64,000 bases of DNA. Source: Geosiphon pyriformis uo1 (taxonomy: Eukaryota; Fungi; Glomeromycota). Position 1 is the first letter of the stretch. Every line of letters begins with the position of its first letter. Made by a program: the position numbers and the translations under genes. Shown piece after piece: positions 1 to 11,405 of this stretch. The notes beneath the pieces are model-generated. The model ran no database searches. It was not told the origin of the DNA and worked only from the letters and a program-made list of their open reading frames with translations. The stretch is taken from contig JAAOMT010000602.1 in NCBI GenBank assembly GCA_016748015.1, positions 819,696 to 883,695 of the forward strand, given 5' to 3'.

Positions 1-2085
1 AAACAATAAAGTAAAAAATTTAATTCTAAATAAAACAATTCATTTTATATTGAAAAAATTCTAAAAAACAGAGCTTATAAATTAAAATAAGACAATAAAA
101 TCTTAGTCAAAACAGTATATAATAATTGATTAAAACCATATTACAATATAGTATTATCTTTTATTAATAATATTTTACAACTGGGAGTACAACAAATATT
201 AATTAAACCAGATAAAATTTAGAACCAATTATAATGATTGAAGTAAACACATTAATTTAAGCTATTAAAATAATATAAAAAAACTTATATATACAATAAA
301 AACAACAAAAAAATGAAAATTACTGATAATATTCATTTGTTGATACAACAACTATTTTAAATTATCAAGTATTAAAAATTAAACATGAAAGTTACAATTA
401 ATCAATAAACAATTTAATATAAAGACACAAAAAAAAACAGCAATTTTAAAACAATTTACAATACTAAACATATTTAAGGCCTAAAAACATAATAAATAAT
501 ATAATAACAAAAATAAAAATATTACTAGAACTACCAAAAACAACAATACTATACAGAAAATTAACTAAAAAAAATTAAAAATAGTAAACACAACAATTTT
601 CTAAAAACTTTTGTTATTATCACTTAGAACAAAAGCTAAATATTTAGAATTTGTATATAGATAAAACAAAATAGATGTTTAATATCACAATATTATAACA
701 AATAAAACAATTTATAAAGAAGAACAATTTATTTATACAAATAAAAATAATATACTAATTACAAGCAGAATTTTAAGACTGTTCAGAAATACTGATATAC
801 TTAACAATGAGCACTATAATTATTAACTAATTAAAAAAGATTACCAATGCCTAATTCGAAAAATTACAAACCAGAATTATTCAAATAATTCTGAAAAAAG
901 AATTAATAAAATTAATTCAAAAAAGAAAAAAAAATATTATTTATAGAAAATAAGAGTTATAATAATTAAAAAAAAACAGCTAATTAGAAATAAGTATAAT
1001 AAAAAAAAGAATTCTAGAATTTTTTTCAAAAAATTAAAGGATTTCAAGAAATTTTATATAACAAAAAACATGTATATATAGCAAAAATATTAAAAGTAAA
1101 AAAATACCAAAACAAGTTAGAACAGACAAGTAATTAAATATTTCTTTTTTTAAAAGTTGGTTTTTTATACTTTGAAATAAAATCATTCAAATATCAAATA
1201 AAATTATTATTTTATTATTCAATTCATGTTTTTTATATTATTAAATTAATATTGCTATTCTTTAACTCAATCAACAATTTATGTTAATAATATCTACTAT
1301 TTAATCATACTAAAACAATAGTTCTTGATTATGGCTATTAATAAAATATTAATTTTTTATTTTTTATTATTATTTTTTTTTATTTTTTTTATTTTATTTT
1401 TTTGTTGTTTACTAATTGATTAAAAAATAAAGTACTAAGTTATTAAGAAAATTTTTCTGATAATCTGAGTTTTAGTCATTATTAATTTGCTTTTTACTAT
1501 TAATAGATTGATATTCAAAGCAAAAAAATTTTTAATGGTTATTTTAATTAGAGTTTTTATTATTTTAAAGTCAATTTATCTTTTGTTTAAAGAAATATTG
1601 AGAGAAAATAAGAAAAATTCAACTTTTTTTTCTGTATTAAAAATAAAAAAACCACAAATTATACTAAAAATTACTTTTTTGGTTTTAAACATAGTAATAA
1701 CTAAATCCAAAAAAGATTTACTATTAACATCTGTTATAATACTATTGCTTTTATTATTATTAAACATATTATTTATATCTGAATACATATTACCACCAAA
1801 ATTAGATTTAACCAAGAAAATATCTTTTTTATTATCAAAATGTTTAATATTATTAAGCATAACTCTTTTTTTTGAAAATAAAAAGCTATTAGCAAAATCA
1901 TAAAAAGCTTTTTTAAACATCTTTTTCTTAAATATATTACTATTTAAAACAGTTTTTAAGTCTATAATAAAAAAATTATTAGTTTGAAAAATATTGAAAA
2001 AAAAACAACAAAAAAAATAAAAAAACTTTTTTTTCAAAATATGCTCTTTAAAAAATTTTGAATATAAAAAAAAAAGAAGTTTTTT
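1..2085 (-). mobile_element. Highly degenerate LINE 5' portion (ORF1 and start of ORF2)
   Basis: Terminus at about 2040-2085 resembles the 5' end of the LINE at 52921-52965. Remnants at about 100-250 and 600-720 resemble 50900-51020 and 51480-51600. Extremely AT-rich, no intact ORF. Confidence 0.6.
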
Positions 2086-2792
2086 AATTATATTTTTATT
2101 TATTTATAATTAATAATAATTAATTTAAACTTTTAAATTTATAAGTATTTATAATTAAGTTAACAATATATTTAATATAAGTTTTTAAAAAAGCAAAGCA
2201 ATTTTTAATGTTTAATAAAATTAATTTAAAAATTATAAAAAACAAATAAAATTTATTAAAAAACCAAATTTTATTATTATAAATTCAATTAAATTTGCAA
2301 TTTAAATTCAAAAACAATTAATTTTGATTTATATTTTAAGAAAGTTATCAAAAAAAATCAAATTAAATTTTAATAAAAAAATATAAACTTTAATATAAAA
2401 CTTTAAATTAATAAATTAATTAAAAAAAATTTTAAATACAGCAAAAAACATAAAAAACTGTTTTAAAAAATTATTAATAAAATATAAAAAATAATAAAGT
2501 ATTAAACAAATATTTAAAAATACAAAAAATATTGTTATTATTAGCAAAAAACCAAACCTATTTTATTAATTTGGTTTTTTGATAGTTTATTTACTTTTGT
2601 ATTTTAAGTAAAAATTTGATTATTATTTTTTAAATATAATATTAAATTGGCTTTTGTTTATTTTTTATTATTTTTAAACTTTTATAAACAATTTTTTTTT
2701 TTGTATATTATAAAATAAAACATAATATATTTATTATTTAAGTATTTATATAAAAATATGTAACCACTTAAAAAATACTTAAATAATATTAT

Positions 2793-2910
2793 GTGGCTAG
2801 CCACATGTAGTAAGTGCGTGAGTCGCGTTTAGTTTGAACCACTTAGTTTGGCTCTATGTACTAGATAGCAGTTGGGCTTCGCTCGTTAAAATGCCTAATA
2901 AAAATAAAAT
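2793..2910 (+). mobile_element. Very short 5'-truncated LINE (or SINE-like) insertion: 3' UTR plus A-rich tail
   Basis: gtggctagccacatgtagtaagtgcgtgagtcgcg...ttgggcttcgctcgttaaaatgcctaataaaaa matches the reverse complement of the LINE 3' UTR at 45937-46045. Flanked by aaataatattat (2781-2792) and aaataacattat (2907-2918). Confidence 0.7.
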
Positions 2911-3874
2911 AACATTATATAATTACAAAAAAGAAAGAGTTTTTTTTTAAATTTTATTTATTATTGTAATTTTTTATTTTTTTTTGGTAGCTTTAAATAT
3001 TCAAAATTAATTATTATAACATAATTTTATTAAAATTATTATTAAAATAATTTGTTTAAGTATTTATTTTTTAAACTCTTTATATTGTATTTTTTGTTAA
3101 TAATTATTGGTAATTAATTCTAAGCTTAAAAATATAAAAAAAAATATAATTTTTTTTGTCAAATAAATTTTTTTGGTTAATTAAGTGTATTTAAAACTTT
3201 TAACTAATTTTATTTAAATTGGTTTTTATATTTGTAAATTTTTATAAATAATTAAAATTAAATAATAAAATTGTAAAATAATACTAAATAATAGAAATTA
3301 AAAACATGTTCTGTTTTATAAAATAACAACTAACTTAATTTATTTTGTAACTTTAAAAATACCTAAATTTTAAAAAACATTATAAACTGATATATTAAAC
3401 TTTGCAACATCGCAAAATTTGAAGCGTAATTTTTGAATCACATGAATAAGTGGCCTTGTGACGCAGCTGTTATACGAATATGGCATTGGGCGAATTATCA
3501 GTTTGAAATTATGTAGAAAACCAATTTTAGAAATTTGCCAGTTTCTTGATTCACAAGAAATATATCGCGTAAATCACAGTACAAGTATTCTTTCGATAAA
3601 ACGCAATTATTTAAATCTCGTTCGCAAGAATAGCTTTGAATAAACTGGACAGGGTTAGAATCGTTGAATATATACATTAGAGAAGAGAAAAATATATGTA
3701 TACAATAAAGTTAATGAGAAATTGCGAAATAAATATTAAATACAAATATGGAGACTGGCTTTGTAGGGCCAAAAATCCACTAAGGTAATGTACAATAATG
3801 AGTTTGATGATGAAGGAAAAAGTGAGTGACCAGAATAGATGGATGTGTGGTATTAAGAATATAAATTGTTCATT

Positions 3875-4821
3875 TCAAGCGAAAAACCCTTGTTCAAATA
3901 CTGCAGCACCGGTTCCTTTTTGAAATGGATAGTGCTGCAATTTAACCATGAATCGCCATATAAGAAAATTGAAATATAACTAAATTAAAGCATGAGATAT
4001 TAAAATAGTTAATCAAAATGATTTAATGTCGAAAAGCAGATTTTAATTTAAAATTTACTCACCATTAAAATAAAATCAATTGCCAAGGACGTAGTAAAAA
4101 GAACGACCGAATTAGGGATGCCAACTTTACAAAACACGGTAGGCAGGGTAGTTGAGTTAGTAGAAAACGTTCCTGTGGAAGTGACAATTGTATGATCTAA
4201 GCTGGGTGTCCATGTTGTATTGGTTGAATCACTTATCCATTTGTAGCCTCCACTCTCACATTCCCCGACGATGCGATATTTCCATTCATCTAGTTCCCAA
4301 GCCATTAAAACAGCTCTGACGGCACCAAGAACCAGAATGAATGGGTAAAGACGGAACATTAGCTTGGTGAAAAGATAGGAGCGCTATTGTTGGAAATTAA
4401 ATATGGGAAGAAAGGTTAGGTCTTTAATCAATTAAGAAGATGACATTGATTTTGCATACATTAGAAAATGCTATAGCTGTAATAAGTGCTGAGGCACCTT
4501 GGGCCATCGCGTATCCGCCATATATTGATGCTTCTGGATCGTGGAAAAAGAATAAATCTGCCCGAGTACAAATTTAAAATTATAAATAAAAAATGAATTT
4601 TTTGATAATTTTCCAATTAGTATTACAAAGTGAAAATACCTCCAAACTTAAATAAAAAGATACCGCCACCGATCTGGTATAACTAAAATCAAGAAATTTT
4701 ATTTATCAAGAGCTTGAAGAAAAATTCCTTATTTCCCAAGAAAACTCACAGCCATGATAACAGCCAGCACAATGGCCCCAGCTCGCAAAGGGAACAATAG
4801 AAAGCAGTTGTCGCACCACAT
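3875..4821 (-). CDS. Spliced 212-aa four-TM membrane protein of unknown function
   Basis: Exons 4821-4750, 4682-4640, 4557-4460, 4383-4063 and 3979-3875 join in frame through GT-AG introns: MWCDNCFLLFPLRAGAIVLAVIMA...LYFNFLIWRFMVKLQHYPFQKGTGAAVFEQGFFA*. Four hydrophobic segments and a Cys-containing, N-x-T-rich loop. Confidence 0.85.
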
Positions 4822-5337
4822 ATTTAAATTTTGGTAAGCGTTTAAACCTTTTTCTAAATGCTTTTTTCACTCAACCCTTGTCATTAAAGTCCAACACGTT
4901 AAATGTTGGATTTCTGTCGCCAGGTTCAAAATCACAAAGATAAACGTGTTCGTCACAAGACAAACTGTTGCAGACGTTAAAGAATTTTTTCTTTTGAAAC
5001 GTAACGTTTAAATTTCGATAAAGGAAGTGGGACCGAGAAAGAAAAGAAAGACGACTAAACGTCTTCTTAAGCGATAAAAAAGCAGACTCTTGGAGTGACA
5101 TCCTTTCAAAAACCCCTATTAACACAAATCTTTGGAAGTTGTACGAATTTTTGTAACGTATCTTTGAATTGATAAACGCGAAAGGTTTATCGTAAGGGAG
5201 CACGTTTTCACTGTTCACCAATTTTATAATTCGTACATTTTTAATTTTAGAATTGTTTAACCACCCCTTCCCCCTAATTTGACCCCTTTATTTTAAGCAA
5301 CTCCTTGAATATTTCGTGAAACTAGAAAGTATGCATA

Positions 5338-5530
5338 TGTCATGAGTTGGAAGGGATTTGAGTTGATTTGGGATTCTATTCCAACTTGAGTTAGTTTAGA
5401 ATCCTCAATTCAACACTGTGTTGATTCCGAATCAACACAACCAATCATATTCTTTATGATATTCACCAATAAAAAAATTCCTTTTATCAATCAAATAATT
5501 GATATTTGACGCGCTTTAAGTTATTGTTAT
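5338..5530 (+). repeat. Left terminal inverted repeat
   Basis: Near-perfect reverse complement of about 8203-8393. Confidence 0.95.
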
Positions 5531-5859
5531 ACTGTATGTATAATATGATCTCTCAACATCCTATTAATTATGAATAGCTTATTTAAGAAACATTTTCTGA
5601 GCTTCTTGAAAAATATTTATTAGACAGAAATAAAAAGAGACAGACTAAAACTTTACTTTCTTAAAATTATATAAATTAATGTATTGAGATATTAGAAAAC
5701 AATAAAAATACAAAGAATTACAATGTTAAATTAAAGTATTGAATACAAACCACTTTTTATGTTAGTCTAATTAAAAACCAGTATATACTTTATCACAAAA
5801 AAATGAAAAAACCAGTGTATCTAAAAGAAAAGTTATATAAAAAACTTTGTAAATTTTAT

Positions 5860-8164
5860 TTAAAAATTGGACATAGTGAAATAAATAAAACATATAAAAC
5901 AATAAGTAAGTAATATTAATTTAAAGTTATTTATTTAACTAAAAAATATTAATTTTTAATTTATAAATTAAAAATAAATATGTTTGGATTCTTGAAAATT
6001 TAGTAAAACAGCTTTGTATATATTGTTTTAAATATATTATATAACAATTATTGACTTAATTAATAACTACAAAACCAATTTTAGCAAAAAGTTTTATGTA
6101 TTATTTACAAATAAACTTAATTAATATATACAATTGGCCAAATAATTTTTATAAATATATTTATTATGTTCAAATTACTTTACAAAATTTTTTTAGACTA
6201 TTGTTTTTTTTTTAAGAAACAAAAAAAGTAGCAAGCTTTTTTTTAAACTTTTTATTATATTTAAATTTTTAAATATTTTGCAAATTAATAATAAAAAAGA
6301 GTTTATAATAGATATAATTAGAAAATTAACAGAATTTTGGCCAACTATTTATTTTATAAATAGATATTCAAAACATTTTTAATCTTAAGAATTAATCAAA
6401 TAAGCTAATAATATATTTTAACAAAAATTTTTAAAATAGATAAAAAATAAAAAAACTAATAATTAGTTATATGAACTTTATTAGATAATATATAAAAACA
6501 TATTTTTTATATTATTTAATTTATTTAATAATTTATTTTTATACTTAAATACAATAAATACAAAAGTTTCTGTTATTATTGGCTTTTTATTATATAAAAT
6601 AGTGTTTAAAAAAAAATCTTGCATAAATTATTTTATTTTTAAGTTTTTTTTTAAATAATTAATTACTTAAAAAAAATCTTCTTAAAAACTTAAATGTAAA
6701 ATTATCTTATAAAAAAACACAATTACAAATTTAACAGAAAATAAAAAGTAATAATAAATAACAAGTAAACCAATACCAATAGCAAGATAATTAGCAGGAG
6801 CAAAATAATTAGCAATGGCAAAATAACTAGCAACAGCAGTGATAAGATAATTAACAATAATAGCAGCAAAATAACTAACAAAAACAATAATAAAATAATC
6901 AAGAGCTATAATAAGATAACTAATAAAAACAGCAACAAGTTAATTAGTAATAACAGTAACAAAATAATTAGCAAAGACAACAGCAAAATAACCAAGAGCT
7001 ATAACAAAATAACTAACAATAACAGTAGCAAAATAATTAACAAAAATATTAACAAGTTAATTAAAAGCTATAACAAGATAACCAACAAAGACAACAGCAA
7101 AATAATTAGCAACAGTAATAATAAAATAACTAATAAAAGCATTAACAAGTTGATTAAGAATTGTAACAAAATAACCAGCAAAGACAGCAACAAAATAACC
7201 AGTAAAAACAACAACAACTTAATTAAAAACAAAATAACTAGAAGTTACAACAAGATAATTAACAACAGCAATAGCAAAATAACTAACAAAGATATTAACA
7301 AAATAACTAGTAAAAACAACAACAAAATAATCAGCAAAAACAACTGTAAATTAATCAACAAAAACAATAACATTAATATTAAGATATCTAAAAAGATAAC
7401 CAACAACAGCCATTACAAGATATCTAATAACAACAGTTAAATAACTAGTAGCAACACATAAACTAATAGAAATAACTATTAAACCAATAACAACATTAAA
7501 TAATAAATACTATTGAAAGAGAATTAAGAAAAATCAAAAAAAATGCTATTAAACAATAGATGAAAGAAATTTTAAGTGACAAGATAATGGTTTTGTTTTT
7601 TTGCCCTTTTTATATTTATTTCTATATTAATTTTTTTAATAGGATGATGATAACCAAAACAATGTGTTACACAATATTGCTAACTTACCACAAAATACAT
7701 CAAATTGCCTGTGACCGATACCTTAATAACGCCAAAAAAATGCTTCATAAAAATGCAAAGCAAAAAATATCTTATGAAACTGGAGATTTCGTGTGAATTG
7801 GGATTCCAAAGATTGATCGTTCAGGTATGGATAGAAAGCTCCTTATATGCAAAGTAGTCGGAATTATCAATAACAGACTGTACAGATTGGGATGTAAGTC
7901 AGGAATCTTGAATAATTCTTACCATGCGGCAGAATTAATGCCTACTAAGGCTATCAAATTCCAAAATTGCGAGAGATACCAAATACCTTTATTTCTTTGC
8001 ATAAAGCAGTCTTACATCAAAGTCGAGGGAAAATGACAGGTTATCAATGCAATTGTAAGAGAAGTTGTAAAACTAGTCATTGTAATTGTAAAAAAGCTGG
8101 GGTTTTATGTGATGCACGATGTCATGGTAGTAGTAGCAATAGTTGTGAAAATCGAAAAGAATAG
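5860..8164 (+). pseudogene. Ginger2-like transposase pseudogene
   Basis: IGHS..KTY remnant at about 5865-5900. KPI...LQI(D)L at about 6070-6125. At 6275-6425 a remnant back-reads as ILQ.DNG.EF...WP.....GRPRHPQSQGL.ERAN. Then GDFV(R)IGIPKIDR...YRLGCKSGIL (7780-7915) and CNCKRSCKTSHCNCKKAGVLCDARCH, with stop at 8164. Many stops and a frameshift. Confidence 0.8.
6760..7500 (+). repeat. Degenerate tandem repeat (caagataac/caaaataac-type units) inside the transposase
   Basis: Recurrent aacaagataac/aaaataactaac units every 15-27 bp or so. One frame reads Q/D/N-rich, with stops explainable as CAA>TAA and CAG>TAG. Confidence 0.85.
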
Positions 8165-8202
8165 TGCCAAAATTACAATAAATAAAATGCTAGTATTATA
8201 TA

Positions 8203-8393
8203 TATAACGATAACTAAAAGCGCGTCAAATATCAATTATTTGATTGATAAAAGGAATTTTTTTATTGGTGAATATCATAAAGAACATGATTGGTTGTGTT
8301 GATTCGGAATCAACAGTGTTGAATTGAGGATTCTAAACTAACTCAAGTTGGAATAGAATCCCAAATCAACTCAAATCCCGTTAACTCATGACA
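8203..8393 (-). repeat. Right terminal inverted repeat
   Basis: Reverse complement of 5338-5530, ending aactcatgaca. Confidence 0.95.
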
Positions 8394-8617
8394 CATATAA
8401 GTGCCTGGCAATGGCATTTTGGAGTTAACTCTTTATGGTTAATGGCAACTCTTGATAATAACGATCAGGAGATCGTCTGATAACCAAATTAGAAAATTTG
8501 AGATGGGATCCTTTAAGACATTTCTTGATCGTTTTTCTCTTCCTCTTTGCTATCATTTATAAATTATATTAATCAAAATTTAAAAAAACAAAAAAGGCTC
8601 ATTAAATTTGATGGAGC

Positions 8618-11269
8618 TTACGACTTTAGCTTTTTGGAGGCTCGAGCCATAGGACCCCAATTTGGTTGAGGGTTGATCTGGTACCGAACCAATTTGATTT
8701 TTTTAGATGGTGGTTCGGCGTCCTCGTGGAAACTGAAATCCGCTTTGAAACTGTAAAGTTTTTAAAATTAACCGAGTTTCCGATAAGAATATTTGTCCAG
8801 CTTTTAAACAGAAAGCACAAACCTTGCCTCTACTGTTAGAATTTTACGACCTGGGGAATGTTCGGGAACATTTTTCCAGTTGATTGGATTCAAAACTACC
8901 TATAAAAAATTTCAGTCATGACGAGTCTTATCAACTGGACTTGAACTGTTTCGAGATGATACTGATCGAAAAACATTTTCACCACTCACCCATGACCTCA
9001 TAATGTCCCAAACCACCTCTGGCGGGGCGTCTGTTTTGACCGACCCCGCAGCTGCGTGTGAAGTGGAATATTTGTACCCTTTATTCAGGAGCGCTGAACT
9101 ACAAAATTAATTTGAAAAATATATGTAAAAATTAAATATTTTAATGTATAATTTATCACGTTTAGTTACCAAAACATTTTTAATGGGGGATTTGTGCAAT
9201 GTAATTTTTTTGAAAGAGCCGCTAAATTGTAGAATAAGGGAGAGTCGATTTCCTAATTTGGAAGCCATTAGTTATCATCAGAGGGAAAATAAAATGAGCA
9301 AAATTTAATTTAGAAGATTAGATACCTCAGAAGCAACTGTAAGCATGCCTAACATTCGTGCTTGAGTATTATAAACTTCTATGTTTGAATCTTTTATATG
9401 GCTTAATATTCTGCTCAAGAATGTTTTATCATGTAAAGGGTATCCCCAAATTGGACCTCCAATCTAAAAAGCGAGATAAATATTATTGGGTACAAAAAGA
9501 TTTGACAAAATCCTGTAAATTTAAAAAACTTACGTGAAACTTGTTCTCACAAAAATCACAATTGTAATTTATAGAATTGGTCATGGGTGAGAAATTTCCT
9601 TTTTCGCTTACTTTTCCCATTGGATGTAAATAATACGTTTGGCAACCAGTGCAAACGTAGAGAAGCGAATTTTTACTAATTCATAATAAGATCAATAATA
9701 AATGAACAGGATTATAAAGATAGCGCGATAACAGATTCTTAGTTTCAAAGTTATAACAAACCATGCTGCCATCTTAGCCTCGCTAGCTGAGGTGAAAATC
9801 CGGACGAATACGCGAATATAAAAATCAATACTAAGAGTCAAGAGCGGGACAATGTAGCGACGATAACGGGAGGCTGATAATGTCACAGAATGAAGCAGAA
9901 TACGAAGCGCCTAAAAGAGTCAGAGTAAATTATGATATCAAATTCAACCCAATAATTGCCAAAAATGAAATATTTTGAGAATCTTAACCATTTCATGGCA
10001 AAATTCGCCTTTCACTGGCATAGCACCGTATTGGGTGTAGCTTTAACAAAAAAATTTACTTTAGATTATATGGTGATGGAATGATCAGATTATAAAAATG
10101 AATTATTGACCACTTCTCTGGATGATTGGCACCAGTCAAAACTGCAGCATCAGTGCAGGTAACACATAACAAGCCTAAAATACCCTACCACATTATGAGA
10201 GTGATTTGATGTCAAACGATTTTTCAAGGTTTTAGCAAATAATTACGCCTAGAATTTACCTCCATCTCTTACAGCTTGCACAGCGCCGTCAAGAAACGGG
10301 GCTGCGCTTCCATACGGATCAAGGTCAATTACATCAAATTGATCAAGCGGCCCTCTATGTTGATACATGAAAGCACTAAAGAAAAATGGTGTTAAATTTT
10401 GAAAAAATCAATTATACATATCACGTGCTATGGAAAATAACTTGAGAAATGACTTGGGTAAGATGCCAAGACAGTGATGAGATCCCAATTCTATATTAGG
10501 ATCGCGAATATTAAGAATTTTTTAATTTCTTCATACCTAGCATCTCCTTGGTTGGTACGTACCAAATTCTCGCTTAAACAATTATGAGCGATATTACGTT
10601 TGATGGAATTAACAGCTCCTAGATCAAGATCATTTGCGACTACATACTCCAGATTTGGCAATTCTTTCGCATAACGAATCGCACGCAAACCAGTGGCTGC
10701 TAAAGCTTCGAGGATAGTAAATGTGCGCGACGGCATTGATGGATCAGGCAAAGTCTGAAAGAAGAAGTCAGATCGTTAAAAATACCGCCATCTAAAAAAA
10801 ATTGAATTCCTTGCCTACCTCATTTTTGCTATCCTCTTGATAGGTGAAACCATTATATTGTCATTAATTCTGAAAAACACGCGATGTAAATGATACGTCG
10901 TGTAGACTAACCAAATTTGGTAACCGGCGTTCCCGTCGCAATAGAACCAAGCTTATTTTGCTTTTTTCTGCTTTTTCCTTCGCGTTCTTCAAATATAATT
11001 TCACTCCAGGTTCGTATTACAGCGATAGACAGGTCGCGATTGAACTCCTGCACAGGGTTATAAAATACCTCATTTGTTTTTGGAAATAAAATACTGGCTT
11101 TCCCTTCTTTTACAATATTAAAATTTTTTATGAGGTCAGCTTGTTGCTCTGGGGAAGATTGAACTGTTAAGTTAGAAACTCCGCCTCCCGTTTTATTCGT
11201 AACATGATTCATCCTATAATTGTGCAGCTGTTGTATATACTTGAGTGATGGTGCTAACTTTTTATGCAT
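8618..11269 (-). CDS. TRM1: tRNA (guanine26-N2,N2)-dimethyltransferase, multi-exon
   Basis: Motifs [62 protein letters not shown], and C-terminal [16 protein letters not shown]. Stop TAA at 8618-8620. Start could be 11269 or 11212. Confidence 0.95.
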
Positions 11270-11405
11270 GAGCCACGAAGAGATTTCAAGGCTTGTTGTG
11301 CTTGTAGTCTCTTATTATAAGAAAAATTGGAATCGCTTCTCGGTTAAAAGTTTGTATCATAAGTGAGTCATTAGTGGCTGTGAAATAAAACTGTTCGCGC
11401 CACCA

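Larger units (their letters stand above)
5338..8393 (+). mobile_element. Ginger2/TDD-type DNA transposon with integrase-like transposase, decayed
   Basis: TGT...ACA termini, about 190-bp TIRs, 4-bp TSD CATA (5334-5337 and 8394-8397). Internal remnants of a DDE integrase core and a Cys-rich C-terminus. Confidence 0.85.

Noticed and set aside
1487-2037. Overlapping K/I/F/L/N-rich ORFs
   Set aside because: Composition reflects AT-decayed LINE ORF1, not host genes.
3458-3643. 61-aa ORF
   Set aside because: Short, GTG start, no supporting features.
4871-5221. 116-aa minus-strand ORF upstream of the membrane protein gene
   Set aside because: No recognisable motifs. It occupies the expected promoter/5' UTR and is likely a chance ORF.
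7150-7440. Asn/Lys-rich 96-aa ORF, and a possible CRISPR-like array in the surrounding repeat
   Set aside because: An off-frame reading of a decayed tandem repeat within a transposon. There is no repeat-spacer structure and the context is eukaryotic.
11363-11371. Gcn4/AP-1-like site GTGAGTCAT upstream of TRM1
   Set aside because: A single short motif, expected by chance, with no corroboration.
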